64,000 nt of DNA from an uncultured Lachnospiraceae bacterium (GTDB lineage: Bacteria; Bacillota; Clostridia; Lachnospirales; Lachnospiraceae), in contig CANQRU010000004.1 of assembly GCA_947626395.1 (NCBI GenBank), forward strand, positions 21,524 to 85,523, in the 5' to 3' direction. Numbering within the stretch: the stretch's first letter is position 1; every line of letters begins with the position of its first letter. The notes under the pieces are model-generated. The model was given only the letters and a program-made list of their open reading frames with translations. It was not told the DNA's origin and did not search any database. Positions 1 to 10,065 of the stretch are shown here, piece after piece. Both the position numbers and the translations under genes were made by a program.

Positions 1-375
1 ATCGGCAATTCCGCATACCACCGGGATCAGCACGGCCGCCGTTCCGGTATTGGACAGGAAACCGGACATCACTCCTACGATCACCATGATCGCAATGATC
101 AGCATTCTCTCGCTTTTCGCGAATTTAGTCACGATACCGCCGATCTTATTGGCCATCCCGGTCTCAAACAGGGCCTGGCCTACGACGAACATTCCGACGC
201 AGAGGATCACGTTGCTGTTGACATATCCGGCAAATGTAGAGGAACTGTCCAAAACGCCTGTCAGGTTCAGTCCCAGCGCGACGATCGTAGCTGTGAGTCC
301 CAGCGGAATCTTTTCCAGAATGAAGCTCACCACTGCAAAAAGCAGAAACAACAGTGTAATGGTTGTCGGGGACAT
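1..375 (-). CDS. SLC13/DASS-family (CitMHS-like) anion transporter, N-terminal part; runs off window start
   Basis: Manual translation from ATG at 375 (RBS AAGGAG): MSPTTITLLFLLFAVVSFILEKIPLGLTATIVALGLNLTGVL...GMFVVGQALFETGMANKIG...MSGFLSNTGTAAVLIPVVCGIA, typical SLC13 permease; not in ORF track because truncated. Confidence 0.8.
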   Translation of the reverse strand, partial: MSPTTITLLFLLFAVVSFILEKIPLGLTATIVALGLNLTGVLDSSSTFAGYVNSNVILCVGMFVVGQALFETGMANKIGGIVTKFAKSERMLIIAIMVIVGVMSGFLSNTGTAAVLIPVVCGIAD

Positions 376-588
376 AACTTTCTCCTTTCACTTCCTTGGT
401 TCAATTCGTTCGCGATAGTGCCGGCCGGCTTTATCTTATGGATCCATGATAACACCGCCAAATTGCATAAGTCCAATCAAAAAAACTTTTGCGGCAATAA
501 GAAAAATTAATAGCCCAAAAGGGCCATTTTTTCAAAAATTGTGTTATTCTATACATAAGAAGTTCATAAGAAACGGGGGGGATATCTC

Positions 589-1467
589 ATGACACTGAAC
601 CAGCTGCGCTATTTCAGTACTGCCAGCCGATACCATAATATCTCAAAGGCAGCCAAAGAACTGTTCGTCACGCAGCCCACGGTCTCGAACGCGATCCGTG
701 AGCTGGAGGAAGAATTTTCCATTACATTATTCTACCGGAATGGCAGCCATCTGGAGCTGACCGCGGAAGGCGAAGCATTTCTGGAAAGGGCAAATTACAT
801 ACTCCGCTATTGTATTTCTCTGGAGGCCGAATACAAGGACAACAGCCGGATCAAACCGCCGGTCCGAATCGGTATTCCGCCCATGCTGAGCACCATCTTC
901 TTTCCGGAGCTCTGGGACAGCTTCTGCCAGGAGTACCCGGATATCCCCGTTGTTCTGGAGGAATACGGTTCCGTTCGGGCCTGCGATCTGGTTCAGACTG
1001 ATTTCCTCGATCTGGCCCTGGTTAATATGGAGCTGTTCAACATTGACAAATTCAACAATTCCGTACTGTTCAAAAGCCAGCTCTATTTCTGCGTTTCCGA
1101 ATCCCATCCCCTGGCCGGGCAGCCCGCGGTGAAAATGGAACAGCTTGACGATCAAAGAGTTCTCCTCTTCAACGGAGATTCCGTCCAGACCCAGCTTCTT
1201 ATGACCCGTTTTGATGCCATGAACCTGCACCCGCACATTGTCATGCGAAGCAGCCAGCTGCACACCGTTATGAAATTTGTCCACCAGAGCCAGTGCGGCT
1301 GCTTCCTGTTTAAGGAAATGCTGCCACAGTTTACAGACTGCGTAGGCATACCGCTGGATCCACCCGTCGGCATCAATGTAGGACTGGTCTGGAAGAAGGG
1401 GAAATATGTTACGGAAGAAATGCAGAAATTTATCGCATTTACAGAAAAATTCTCGCGGAGCTGCTGA
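589..1467 (+). CDS. LysR-family transcriptional regulator, divergent from SLC13 gene
   Basis: N-terminal LysR HTH (NISKAAKELFVTQPTVSNAIRELEEE), substrate-binding domain, 292 aa. Confidence 0.95.
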   Translation: MTLNQLRYFSTASRYHNISKAAKELFVTQPTVSNAIRELEEEFSITLFYRNGSHLELTAEGEAFLERANYILRYCISLEAEYKDNSRIKPPVRIGIPPMLSTIFFPELWDSFCQEYPDIPVVLEEYGSVRACDLVQTDFLDLALVNMELFNIDKFNNSVLFKSQLYFCVSESHPLAGQPAVKMEQLDDQRVLLFNGDSVQTQLLMTRFDAMNLHPHIVMRSSQLHTVMKFVHQSQCGCFLFKEMLPQFTDCVGIPLDPPVGINVGLVWKKGKYVTEEMQKFIAFTEKFSRSC

Positions 1468-1503
1468 GTCTGCAGGCAGATCCGCGAGAAAAAATTGCTG
1501 AAC

Positions 1504-2592
1504 TCAGATTTCTCTCAGGCATTCTCTCACTGCCGCCCCGATCTTCTCCGCCATCCGCCAGAACCCCAGATCGTTGGGATGGCATCCGTCGACGGTACAA
1601 TCGTGGTCGGAGAGTCCATATCCCTGAAACAGCGTCTCTCCGTCTATAAAATACACATTACGGTCGCCCCGTTCCAACGCGTTCTGATACGTCCGCCGGA
1701 CCGCTTCCCGGCGCCGCGCGCATCCGCCGCCGTCCGTCGGATTGAAATCCGGCCTTGACACCATAATGACCGGCGTCGCGGGTCTTTCCTTACGATAGAT
1801 CTTAAAAAAACGCTCATGGGTCTGCTCCAGATATTCTTCGCTCGGCGCGTTATGGTCGTAGTCCAGCACAAAGACCGAAACGTCCAGGGACGCCAGATAC
1901 TCCGCCATAGGCACCTCGCCCTTTCCGTTCCCGGAGAACCCCAGATTGATGTAATCGCAGTCCAGCTCCCTGGAAATGAATCCCTCATAGGAATTGCCCG
2001 GCCGGGAGGCGCAGCCTCCCTGGGTGATGGAAGAACCGTAATAAAGAACCGGCTTCGCGTACCGATAGCCGGACGCCGGCTCGATGGCGGCCGTCTTCTG
2101 CAGCCCCAGCCACAGATCCGTGACGCCGCTGTACAGCGGAAGATAGATCAGTACCTCTTTCATCTCGGTACCCCAGAAGTCGATCACACCTTCCAGCCGG
2201 TTCCTCTCTCCGGCCTCCGCGACTGCTGCGGGGATCACGCTCTTATAGTATTCCTGCCGTCCGTTCCTCACCAGATAAACGGCAAATCCGCAGGAGCCCA
2301 CAAACGGCATATGCCCCATCCACGAACAGTCGGCTAAAAGCGCCCGGATCGCCAGATACCGGGAGTTCGTCCGAAACCGGATACGGCCTCCGGCCGTATG
2401 GCGGCAGAGCATCGACACTCCGGGACTGACCAGATCCGCCGTATTCTGGGGCATGCGGCGAAGTACGTCCGAGCCGCGGAAACGGTATAACCCGTAACCC
2501 TGGAATGGTTCTTCGCGACAGTCATGGAAGGTTATATCATCCGGAAGATAGCTGTTGGACGCGAAATTCCGGTCTATTTTCTCAATATTCAT
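1504..2592 (-). CDS. SGNH/GDSL hydrolase with N-terminal extension domain
   Basis: YGSSITQG block I, NLGFSGNG block II, DGCHPND block V. Confidence 0.85.
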   Translation of the reverse strand: MNIEKIDRNFASNSYLPDDITFHDCREEPFQGYGLYRFRGSDVLRRMPQNTADLVSPGVSMLCRHTAGGRIRFRTNSRYLAIRALLADCSWMGHMPFVGSCGFAVYLVRNGRQEYYKSVIPAAVAEAGERNRLEGVIDFWGTEMKEVLIYLPLYSGVTDLWLGLQKTAAIEPASGYRYAKPVLYYGSSITQGGCASRPGNSYEGFISRELDCDYINLGFSGNGKGEVPMAEYLASLDVSVFVLDYDHNAPSEEYLEQTHERFFKIYRKERPATPVIMVSRPDFNPTDGGGCARRREAVRRTYQNALERGDRNVYFIDGETLFQGYGLSDHDCTVDGCHPNDLGFWRMAEKIGAAVRECLREI

Positions 2593-2797
2593 AGTTCGTC
2601 TCCTGATTGTTTTTATACCGGCTTGATTTATCTCAGAAAATCCGTTCAGACCAATTTCCCGTTTTTGTCAATGATAATCCCTGTTTTGCTTCGATAGAAT
2701 CCGGTCAGTCCAGACAAATCCGACCTGCGTCAATGAAATCTGGCTGCCCTGACGAACGCTTCTCCTCGAAGATTTAACTTATCCTAACGATATCCGC

Positions 2798-3349
2798 TCA
2801 CAGATCAAACCGCTCCTTGATCATCCGCGCGACCACTTCCGGCGCCAGTTCCGAGTTGTCGATCTTCATGTAATTCTCAAACGGGATCTCGCCCTCGTAA
2901 CTCTCCAACCTGTACTTCTCATCGTCCCGCACGAGCCGCGCGTTGGATTCCTCGATCTCCCGCTTCGACGCCTTGTTCTTCAATCGGTTTTCCGTCACAT
3001 TTCTCTGCATGCGGACCTCGCGGGAGGCGACCAGCTCCACATAGTAAAACTCGGTGCCGTACGGCTCGAAAATGCTCTTCACCCACTCGACGTAGTCCCA
3101 GTCTTCCTGCATATCAAACGCCCACATGAATGTGAAGATCATCCCATAATTGTCCGATTTCGCAAACTCCTCGAAAATAACCTGGCGAAGCCTTTTGATC
3201 ACCGTGCTGTTGAACCGGCCGAAAACCTCGATCACCGGCTCGATCGTCACATGATTGTGGAACAGGCGCAGTCCCGTGATCTTCGCCAGTTCCTGCCCGA
3301 CGGTCATTTTGCCGACAGCCGCATTGCCTATCATGAACAATAACTTCAT
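2798..3349 (-). CDS. AAA/shikimate-kinase-like P-loop protein
   Basis: MKLLFMIGNAAVGKMTVGQEL Walker A; start overlaps upstream stop (ATGA). Confidence 0.75.
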   Translation of the reverse strand: MKLLFMIGNAAVGKMTVGQELAKITGLRLFHNHVTIEPVIEVFGRFNSTVIKRLRQVIFEEFAKSDNYGMIFTFMWAFDMQEDWDYVEWVKSIFEPYGTEFYYVELVASREVRMQRNVTENRLKNKASKREIEESNARLVRDDEKYRLESYEGEIPFENYMKIDNSELAPEVVARMIKERFDL

Positions 3350-4101
3350 CTGTATACCTCCGCGCACACCGGATAATGATCCGACAGCGTGATCCCGTCC
3401 CGCTCGTCGGTCCATTTCTCCACAGCCCCGCACCGCAGTCCATCGCTTATGAAAATGTAGTCGATGCTGCAGAAGGTCTCTTCCCGGTGGAAACCATGGT
3501 AGGTGATGCCGATCCCCTCTGTCACATTCGTAAACTCCGGATAATCCTTCATGACCGCCATTTCCTCGCTGTCCGGCTCCGCATTCATATCGCCGGTCAG
3601 GATCACCGGCGCCTGCGGGAAGAATTCTGTCTCCACCAGATGCGCCATGATCTGTCTGAGTCCCCGGATCCGGGCCTGCGGCCCTTCGTGATCCAGATGG
3701 GTATTGGCTACGCGGAACACCAGCCCGGTCGCCATTTCCTCAAACACCGCCTCCGTGCAAACCCTCGGGCAGATGCTCTGATCCGGATAGCGGGAGGCCG
3801 GAACCATCGGCGTCTCCGACAGCCAGTATATCTCCAGCCGCATCAGGTTCAGCCGGTCCCAGCGGTAGGCGATCGCCGTCTGCTCATCCCGCAGCTCGCG
3901 GTCGCGGCCGCAGCCAACCACATAATAATCTCGCAGGTTCTCCTTAAGCCATACCGCCACATGGGGCAGGATCTCCTGGAAACAGATGATATCCGGCTGC
4001 TCCTTCCCAATCTTCTCCAGGATCAGATCTTTCCGATAACAGAAATTGTAAATGCCGTCATTTCCGCAGTCGAGGCGGATATTGAATGTTACGATCTTCA
4101 T
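3346..4101 (-). CDS. Endonuclease/exonuclease/phosphatase (EEP) family protein
   Basis: TFNIR, FQE, NTHLD, TGDMN, IDYIF, SDHYPV motifs. Confidence 0.9.
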   Translation of the reverse strand: MKIVTFNIRLDCGNDGIYNFCYRKDLILEKIGKEQPDIICFQEILPHVAVWLKENLRDYYVVGCGRDRELRDEQTAIAYRWDRLNLMRLEIYWLSETPMVPASRYPDQSICPRVCTEAVFEEMATGLVFRVANTHLDHEGPQARIRGLRQIMAHLVETEFFPQAPVILTGDMNAEPDSEEMAVMKDYPEFTNVTEGIGITYHGFHREETFCSIDYIFISDGLRCGAVEKWTDERDGITLSDHYPVCAEVYR

Positions 4102-4314
4102 CGAATTCTCCCTGTCTGTTTATCATTAAATATGCACCAAATATAGAGATTTGTAATTTCCCCCTGAGATCAGTTATGGAAAAGCACATCCTACATTTGC
4201 AGGCGTTCCGTATCTTTGGTCGCCGCTCTCTGTATCTTCGGCGGACACTCCATATCTTCGACTGCCGCTCTGTATCTGTCCGCCCAAATCGAAAAACCTT
4301 ATCCGTTCTGGTTC

Positions 4315-5610
4315 TCACCGCAGCAGTTCCTTAAGCGCCCGCCCGTCCACGTTCAGCAGTTCCACGCCGAGAAGCTTCGCGTACGTCGGCGCCTCATCCA
4401 CAAGCCGCGCCCTCTCGATCACCACATTCTCCTTAAAATCCGGCCCCTTCGCCAGAAATGTCGGCTGCGGCCCCTTCGTGGGCAGATATCCATGGGTCGC
4501 GCGTCCCATGCGGTAATCTGACACGTCGAAATTCGTCACCAGCGGCCGCGTATAATTCTCCCAGAAACCAGTATATCCGTCCGATTCGATCACAAAGGAG
4601 AAATCGCCGTCGAGATGATAATTCCGCGCCGTCTCCTCCACTGTAAACACCTGCGTAAAGCCGTAGATCCCCTCCGCCGCCAGATCCTTGAGAAGCCCGT
4701 AGACCCTATCGTAAAGCGTTTTATCCTTCGGATCCCGCAGATAAACGAGCCCGGACATACCCCCGGCCTGGCACCAGGCGTCCCAGCTTTCCAGAGAGCC
4801 GTCCTCCGCCACCCGGATCAGGCCATGATCCGCCAGCAGCACATTGGGATTTAAGACCCGCTTGCTCTCCATCTGCCCGTGGTCGCTGACCATGACCAGA
4901 TTCGTATTCGCAAGTTCGCCGATCTCCTCCACCGCCTGCATCAGTTCGCCGAGCCACCGGTCCGTCTCCTCCACGGCCGCACGCACCTGATCGCTGAACA
5001 CGCCGGTCGCGTGGCGGGCCCCGTCGATATTGGCCGGATGGACGAAAAGCACATCAGGCCTGGTGCGGCGGATCACATCGGCGGCGCAGAGCACCGCGAA
5101 ATGATCCCGGAACGGATGGCTCTTGATCGCCTTCAGATCCATATTCTTCTCGATGATCCGGATCATCTCGTCGCTCGCGCCCAGCTTCCGCCAGCTTTCC
5201 TGATAGCACGCGTCCTCCTCCGGCGTCTGGGGCCAGTACTCGCTGATCAGGTCGTCGATATACGGATGGGCCCCGGTCACCGGCCAGAACACCGCGGCGG
5301 TCCGATAGCCCGCCTGCTTCGCGGCGCGGAAGATGTCTTCTTTCCATTTCACATTGTCATGCTCCCAAAGCCAGAGACTCGGATACCGGCCCGGCGTCAG
5401 ATGGAAATTGCCCACCACCCGGTGCTTGTCCGGGTACACGCCGCTCATCATCGTCGCATGGCAGGGATAGGTGTTGGTCGGATAGACCGACTCGATCCGC
5501 TCCGCCGCACAGCCGCCGGCCAGATATTTCTGAAAATTGGGAAGCGTCCGCAGATACGCCACATCTTCCCACACCATGGCGTCCGCGGAAAATACGATCA
5601 GCTTTTTCAT
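4315..5610 (-). CDS. Alkaline-phosphatase superfamily nucleotide pyrophosphatase/phosphodiesterase
   Basis: FSADAM, PTNTYPCHATMMSG, DGARH, SDHG, THGY motifs. Confidence 0.85.
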   Translation of the reverse strand: MKKLIVFSADAMVWEDVAYLRTLPNFQKYLAGGCAAERIESVYPTNTYPCHATMMSGVYPDKHRVVGNFHLTPGRYPSLWLWEHDNVKWKEDIFRAAKQAGYRTAAVFWPVTGAHPYIDDLISEYWPQTPEEDACYQESWRKLGASDEMIRIIEKNMDLKAIKSHPFRDHFAVLCAADVIRRTRPDVLFVHPANIDGARHATGVFSDQVRAAVEETDRWLGELMQAVEEIGELANTNLVMVSDHGQMESKRVLNPNVLLADHGLIRVAEDGSLESWDAWCQAGGMSGLVYLRDPKDKTLYDRVYGLLKDLAAEGIYGFTQVFTVEETARNYHLDGDFSFVIESDGYTGFWENYTRPLVTNFDVSDYRMGRATHGYLPTKGPQPTFLAKGPDFKENVVIERARLVDEAPTYAKLLGVELLNVDGRALKELLR

Positions 5611-5729
5611 ACTTGCCCTCCTGAACGAAATCATTCTGTCTCAATTATACATAAACCAGAAAATGCCAAGCGACAGCAGGCATCTCTCTGTACCGTTGGC
5701 CGCGCGGACCGCGAACCACGCTGCGGCGA

Positions 5730-7721
5730 TCAGTACACCGTCACTTCGTCTCCCGCCTCCGCGAACGGCCCCGGCAGCACCGAAAGTCCCCTGTGACCGC
5801 CCAGATAATCGGAGTCGAACACGATATCCGTGCCGTCCGGATTCTCGTACCGCGCCTCCGGCTCAAATGCCTTGCCCAGCGTATCGGAGGAGATCATCCC
5901 CACTCGGAAGTCCTTCACCAGATCATAGATATTCGTTTTCAGCACCATATGGCCGTCCTTCTCAGCCAGTTCGACCTGCACCGGGCTCGTCTCATCCGTC
6001 AGACTGCGGCCTTCCTTCTTCCATCCGGCAGCTCCGGCCAGGTACACATTGCCGTCGGCCCAGACCGGCAGATGGCTGAAATGATACTGCGCAAGCTTGC
6101 CCATATCCGGCGTCTCGCTGTCCATATCGAAATTCACGATCCACTCGTCGTAGGTCGGATAATCGTCCATCACAAAGGTTCCCACGCGGCGGTTCTCCCG
6201 CTGGGCCTTTCCGTCGTTGGAGTCCGCCGCCACGCCGTCCGCCAGATCCTCCATCGGCCATTTCTGGACGAAAATGTTGTTGTAGAAGCGGTCGTCGCCG
6301 TGAAGGATCGTCATGAAGCCCATGACCTCCGTCCGGTGCGGAATGTGATACGGCGTATAGCGGGGTCCTGTTCCCTCTCCGACGCAGGTGAGCGCGCCGC
6401 AGATCAGGTTGTGGACCATGGCGACGCCCTGGGTCGCCATCCGCAGGGTCACGTCCGACAGAAGGATGTTGTTGTCGATGAGTGTGGGGCCGTGGCCGAC
6501 CTCCACGAAGATGTCCTGGCTCCCCATGCCGCCCTTCAGCTGGGTGGCAAATGCGGGCCGCTGGTTGTCGTGAAGCAGATTCTGGGTAATTCTTGTTCCC
6601 TGGGCCTCCCAGTCAGTCCAGATGCCCATCGTGCAGTGATGGATGTGGTTCCGCCGCATGATCACGTCGATGGCCGCGTGAAGCTTGATGCCGGCGATCT
6701 CCGCGCCGCCCAGCTCCTGCATGTTATTGATATGATGGATATGGTTATCCTCGATGATGGAGAATACGCTTCCCATCCGGCCGATGATGCCGCCCTGCTC
6801 GCAGTGGTGGATGTTATTGCGGCGGATGATATGGCTGCCCACCTTCTCCTTCAGCCATCCGTGGTACTGGCCGCGGCAGACCGCGTCGCGCTCCATCTGG
6901 GTCGGGCTCTTCAGATGCTTGTATGTAAAATAATGGTCGTTGTCCGGATCCAGATATTTGCCCAGGCCGATGCCGGCGCATTTGCTGTTGGAAATGTCGC
7001 AGTCCTCGATGATCCATCCTTTGGACCAGTGAGGCCCGATCATGCAGTCCTGATAGGCCGCGGGCGGCGCCCAGGTGGTGGCGGCCTTCGTCACGGTAAA
7101 GCCGCTGACCGTGATATAGCCGACGCCGGTCTTCGAAGGCATGAAGCACTCCCGACGGACGTTGATCTCTATCTTTTCTTTATTCGGATCCGCATCCTGG
7201 AAATTGGCGTAAAATACGGTCCGGCCGTCCTGCTGCACGGCGAACCATTTGTACCGGGACGCCTCCGGGTTCCAGGAACACGGATAGACCTCGCCGGCCA
7301 GGCATTCCTCCAGGGACTGGGCCTCATAGAGCGCCTGATCGTTCAGATAGACGGCTCCGGTGTGGCGGCTGCGCCCCGCGAAATACCAGTCGCCGTAGAC
7401 ATAGGTCGTGTAGGGATTGTAAGCGCCGAATACCGAATTGTCCACGCTGGCCGTCCAGGTGGTGCCCTCGTACTTCGTCCATCCGGTCAGCTCCTCCGCG
7501 CCGGTGATCACCGCCGCCAGCGGCTCCACGCTCCGGTATACGATCCGCGCGTCCTCACGTCCCGCATTCTGCGGATCCACATACTCCCGGTAAATACCCG
7601 GCGCCACCAGCACCTCGTCGCCCGGCTGCGCCGTCTTCGCCGCCTCGCCGATCCGGCGGTATGGCCTCTCCTCGCTTCCATTGCCGTCAAAGCCTGCGTT
7701 TGCATTTACATAAATCTTCAT
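5730..7721 (-). CDS. Right-handed parallel beta-helix glycoside hydrolase, GH120 beta-xylosidase-like
   Basis: DGNGSEERPY..IGEAA..AQPGDEVLVAPGIYRE start, beta-helix repeats (NNIHHC, NHIHH), WTDWEAQG; resembles GH120; no signal peptide. Confidence 0.7.
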   Translation of the reverse strand: MKIYVNANAGFDGNGSEERPYRRIGEAAKTAQPGDEVLVAPGIYREYVDPQNAGREDARIVYRSVEPLAAVITGAEELTGWTKYEGTTWTASVDNSVFGAYNPYTTYVYGDWYFAGRSRHTGAVYLNDQALYEAQSLEECLAGEVYPCSWNPEASRYKWFAVQQDGRTVFYANFQDADPNKEKIEINVRRECFMPSKTGVGYITVSGFTVTKAATTWAPPAAYQDCMIGPHWSKGWIIEDCDISNSKCAGIGLGKYLDPDNDHYFTYKHLKSPTQMERDAVCRGQYHGWLKEKVGSHIIRRNNIHHCEQGGIIGRMGSVFSIIEDNHIHHINNMQELGGAEIAGIKLHAAIDVIMRRNHIHHCTMGIWTDWEAQGTRITQNLLHDNQRPAFATQLKGGMGSQDIFVEVGHGPTLIDNNILLSDVTLRMATQGVAMVHNLICGALTCVGEGTGPRYTPYHIPHRTEVMGFMTILHGDDRFYNNIFVQKWPMEDLADGVAADSNDGKAQRENRRVGTFVMDDYPTYDEWIVNFDMDSETPDMGKLAQYHFSHLPVWADGNVYLAGAAGWKKEGRSLTDETSPVQVELAEKDGHMVLKTNIYDLVKDFRVGMISSDTLGKAFEPEARYENPDGTDIVFDSDYLGGHRGLSVLPGPFAEAGDEVTVY

Positions 7722-7798
7722 AACCTGTAACTCCTTTCCGAACTTTCTCATAGCGGCAGACCGACTGTTTTCTGCCGTTTGAGATTTTTTCAATTATA

Positions 7799-8758
7799 TC
7801 ATACCCCAACTCCCCTGTCATCCGCCAAAGCCGTATTCGCACGCTTATTTCCGCCGAACACTTCCTTCAGCAGATCGATCAGATGCCGCTCCGCGCGGTC
7901 CAGATAAGCGTCTTCCTTATAGACCGCATTCACATCCCAGACGTCGGGTTCGTCCGTGTACTGATAGCAGCAGAACCGATCCGACCCGCCCAGCACTTCC
8001 ACCGCCCGCTCCGGCACAATGGTCACGCCCAGTCCCGCGTCCGCCAGCTGAACCGCCGAGATACAGCTGGACACCTCCATGATATGTTCCGGGGAGATCC
8101 TGTGGCGCTTCAGAAGCGAATCCGCTTTCTTGCGGATCGCATGCCCCTTCTTCAGCAGGATAAACTGCTCTTCTCTGAGCTTTCCGAGATTCACCACATG
8201 GCTGCCGCCCTCCTTCAGCCGGTCCGGCGTGATCACCCCCGGCCCGGCCACCAGATACAGCTTCTCCCGGTAGATCAGCTCCGCCTTCACGCCTTCCGGC
8301 AGTTCCGCCCGGCTCCTGGGAATGATGTAGAAATTAATTTCATCCTTTCCGAGCAGTTCCAGGAGGTTATCGGAATTGGCCTCGTAAAGCCGCACTTCGA
8401 TCCCCGGGAACTGCTGCCGGAACCGTTTCAGTGCCTCAGGCAGCATATAACCGGCCCTTTCCGTGGGAATACCGACGCTGATGCGCCCCTTTTCCCCTCC
8501 GCCGATATCCATAAGCTCCCGCCGCAGATTGCCGGAAAGCGCCAGGATCTTCCTGGCCGTCTCCACATATTTCTCCCCGGCGTAGGTCAGGGTCAGCGGA
8601 TAGTTCTTCCGCTCGAACAGCTTTACGCCCACATCCTGCTCCACCTTGGAGACGATGTAGCTAAGAGAAGGCTGGGAAATATAAAGCTTCCTGGCCGCCG
8701 CCGTGATGCTGCCGCAGTCGGCCACTGTGGTTATATAGGTCATCTCGCGAAAATCCAT
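7799..8758 (-). CDS. LysR-family transcriptional regulator (candidate regulator of the aconitase/dehydrogenase cluster)
   Basis: SITAAARKLYISQPSLS HTH; 319 aa. Confidence 0.9.
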   Translation of the reverse strand: MDFREMTYITTVADCGSITAAARKLYISQPSLSYIVSKVEQDVGVKLFERKNYPLTLTYAGEKYVETARKILALSGNLRRELMDIGGGEKGRISVGIPTERAGYMLPEALKRFRQQFPGIEVRLYEANSDNLLELLGKDEINFYIIPRSRAELPEGVKAELIYREKLYLVAGPGVITPDRLKEGGSHVVNLGKLREEQFILLKKGHAIRKKADSLLKRHRISPEHIMEVSSCISAVQLADAGLGVTIVPERAVEVLGGSDRFCCYQYTDEPDVWDVNAVYKEDAYLDRAERHLIDLLKEVFGGNKRANTALADDRGVGV

Positions 8759-8997
8759 GGTATCGCCTCCGTTCTCTCAAGGATCCTGCCGGAACGCGTA
8801 TGCGTCATAATCTCACAGACCGCGCCCGGACACTTTCGGTTTCCCGCACCGCCCATTTCATAATAAATATTTTAGCATAATCTTCCGTCCGATTCCACAC
8901 AAATACAAAAAATGCGTCACCGGCGCATTTATCGCATACTGACGTAATACAAAAATAAACAGGCGATCCGTCACGAACCGCCTGCGCCACTCCTAAT

Positions 8998-9840
8998 TCA
9001 TTTCCGATAAAACAGAATCCCCAGCGTTCCCGGCCCGCAGTGGCAGGACACCGTGCAGCCGGCCCGGGTATGGATGATCTCCTCAAATGGCGCCAGCTCC
9101 CGCACCGCCTTCTCCACCGCGTCCCGGATCTCCTGATCAATACTGGAATCCGTGATGAAGATCCTTCTGGTATCCACCGTGGAAATGTCTCCCAGCTGAT
9201 CCTTCACATACGCGGTCAGACAACGTCCCATGGCGCCGCGGTATTTCCTGCCCACGCCCATGACACCGTTCTTCACATAGATGCAGGGATGAAGCTTTAA
9301 GAGATTGGCGCCAAGCGCCGCCAGAGCCGTACAGCGCCCGCCCTTCCGCAGATACTCCAGAGTACTCACAAGGAAGCTGACATCCAGCTTCTCCCGCCGG
9401 GCGTCAAGCGTCTTCTTGATCTCCTCCGCATCCACGCCGGACGCCGCCATATCGCAGGCGTCCAGCACCAGATGGGCGATGCCGGTCGACAGGTTCCGGC
9501 TGTCCACCACATAGACATTCCCCAGTTCCTCCGCCGCCAGACACGCGTTCTGGTAGCAGGAGGACATCTCCGCGCTGATCGTAAAATGGACAATGGCGTC
9601 GCATTCTTTCAGAAGCCCGCTGAAAACATCCAGGTATTCCTGAACGTTCACCGCCGCGGTAGAGCCAAGCTGTCCGCTGGCGCTGATCTTCTCGTAAAGC
9701 TCATCCGGGGAAATATCCACGCCGTCCTTATAGCTTGTCCCCGCGCAGTTCACCGTCAGGGGCGTGATCGTAATTCCGTACTTTTGAACCAGTTCCGGCG
9801 TCAGGTCGCAGGTGCTGTCTGCCGTGATCCGTATCCTCAT
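8998..9840 (-). CDS. degV: DegV/FakB fatty-acid-binding protein
   Basis: ITADSTCDL, STAAVN, ISAEMSSCY, YLRKGGR, HCGPGTLG. Confidence 0.92.
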   Translation of the reverse strand: MRIRITADSTCDLTPELVQKYGITITPLTVNCAGTSYKDGVDISPDELYEKISASGQLGSTAAVNVQEYLDVFSGLLKECDAIVHFTISAEMSSCYQNACLAAEELGNVYVVDSRNLSTGIAHLVLDACDMAASGVDAEEIKKTLDARREKLDVSFLVSTLEYLRKGGRCTALAALGANLLKLHPCIYVKNGVMGVGRKYRGAMGRCLTAYVKDQLGDISTVDTRRIFITDSSIDQEIRDAVEKAVRELAPFEEIIHTRAGCTVSCHCGPGTLGILFYRK

Positions 9841-10065
9841 AACCTTAACCTCATCTTTCTCCGTCCGCGTACAGTCGCAGGGTACATCGGCAGCGGCCTG
9901 CGTTTCCGGATCATTTTCTGATGTCAATTATAGTAATCCGGCCGGGAAATGTCAAGAACCGCGCCGATGCGCAGGCCGGCAGGCGCAAATGCGCAGGCTG
10001 TCCGGGAAAATGGTATTCCCCGGACAGCCTGCGCATTCTTTTCAGAGGTAATATGACCGGTTCGC

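Noticed and set aside
4200-4290. Short TATCTT repeats at 20-22-bp spacing
   Set aside because: Too degenerate to separate from low-complexity sequence.
5793-7730. 645-aa plus-strand ORF
   Set aside because: Antisense shadow of the GH120-like gene, expected with high GC3 codon usage.
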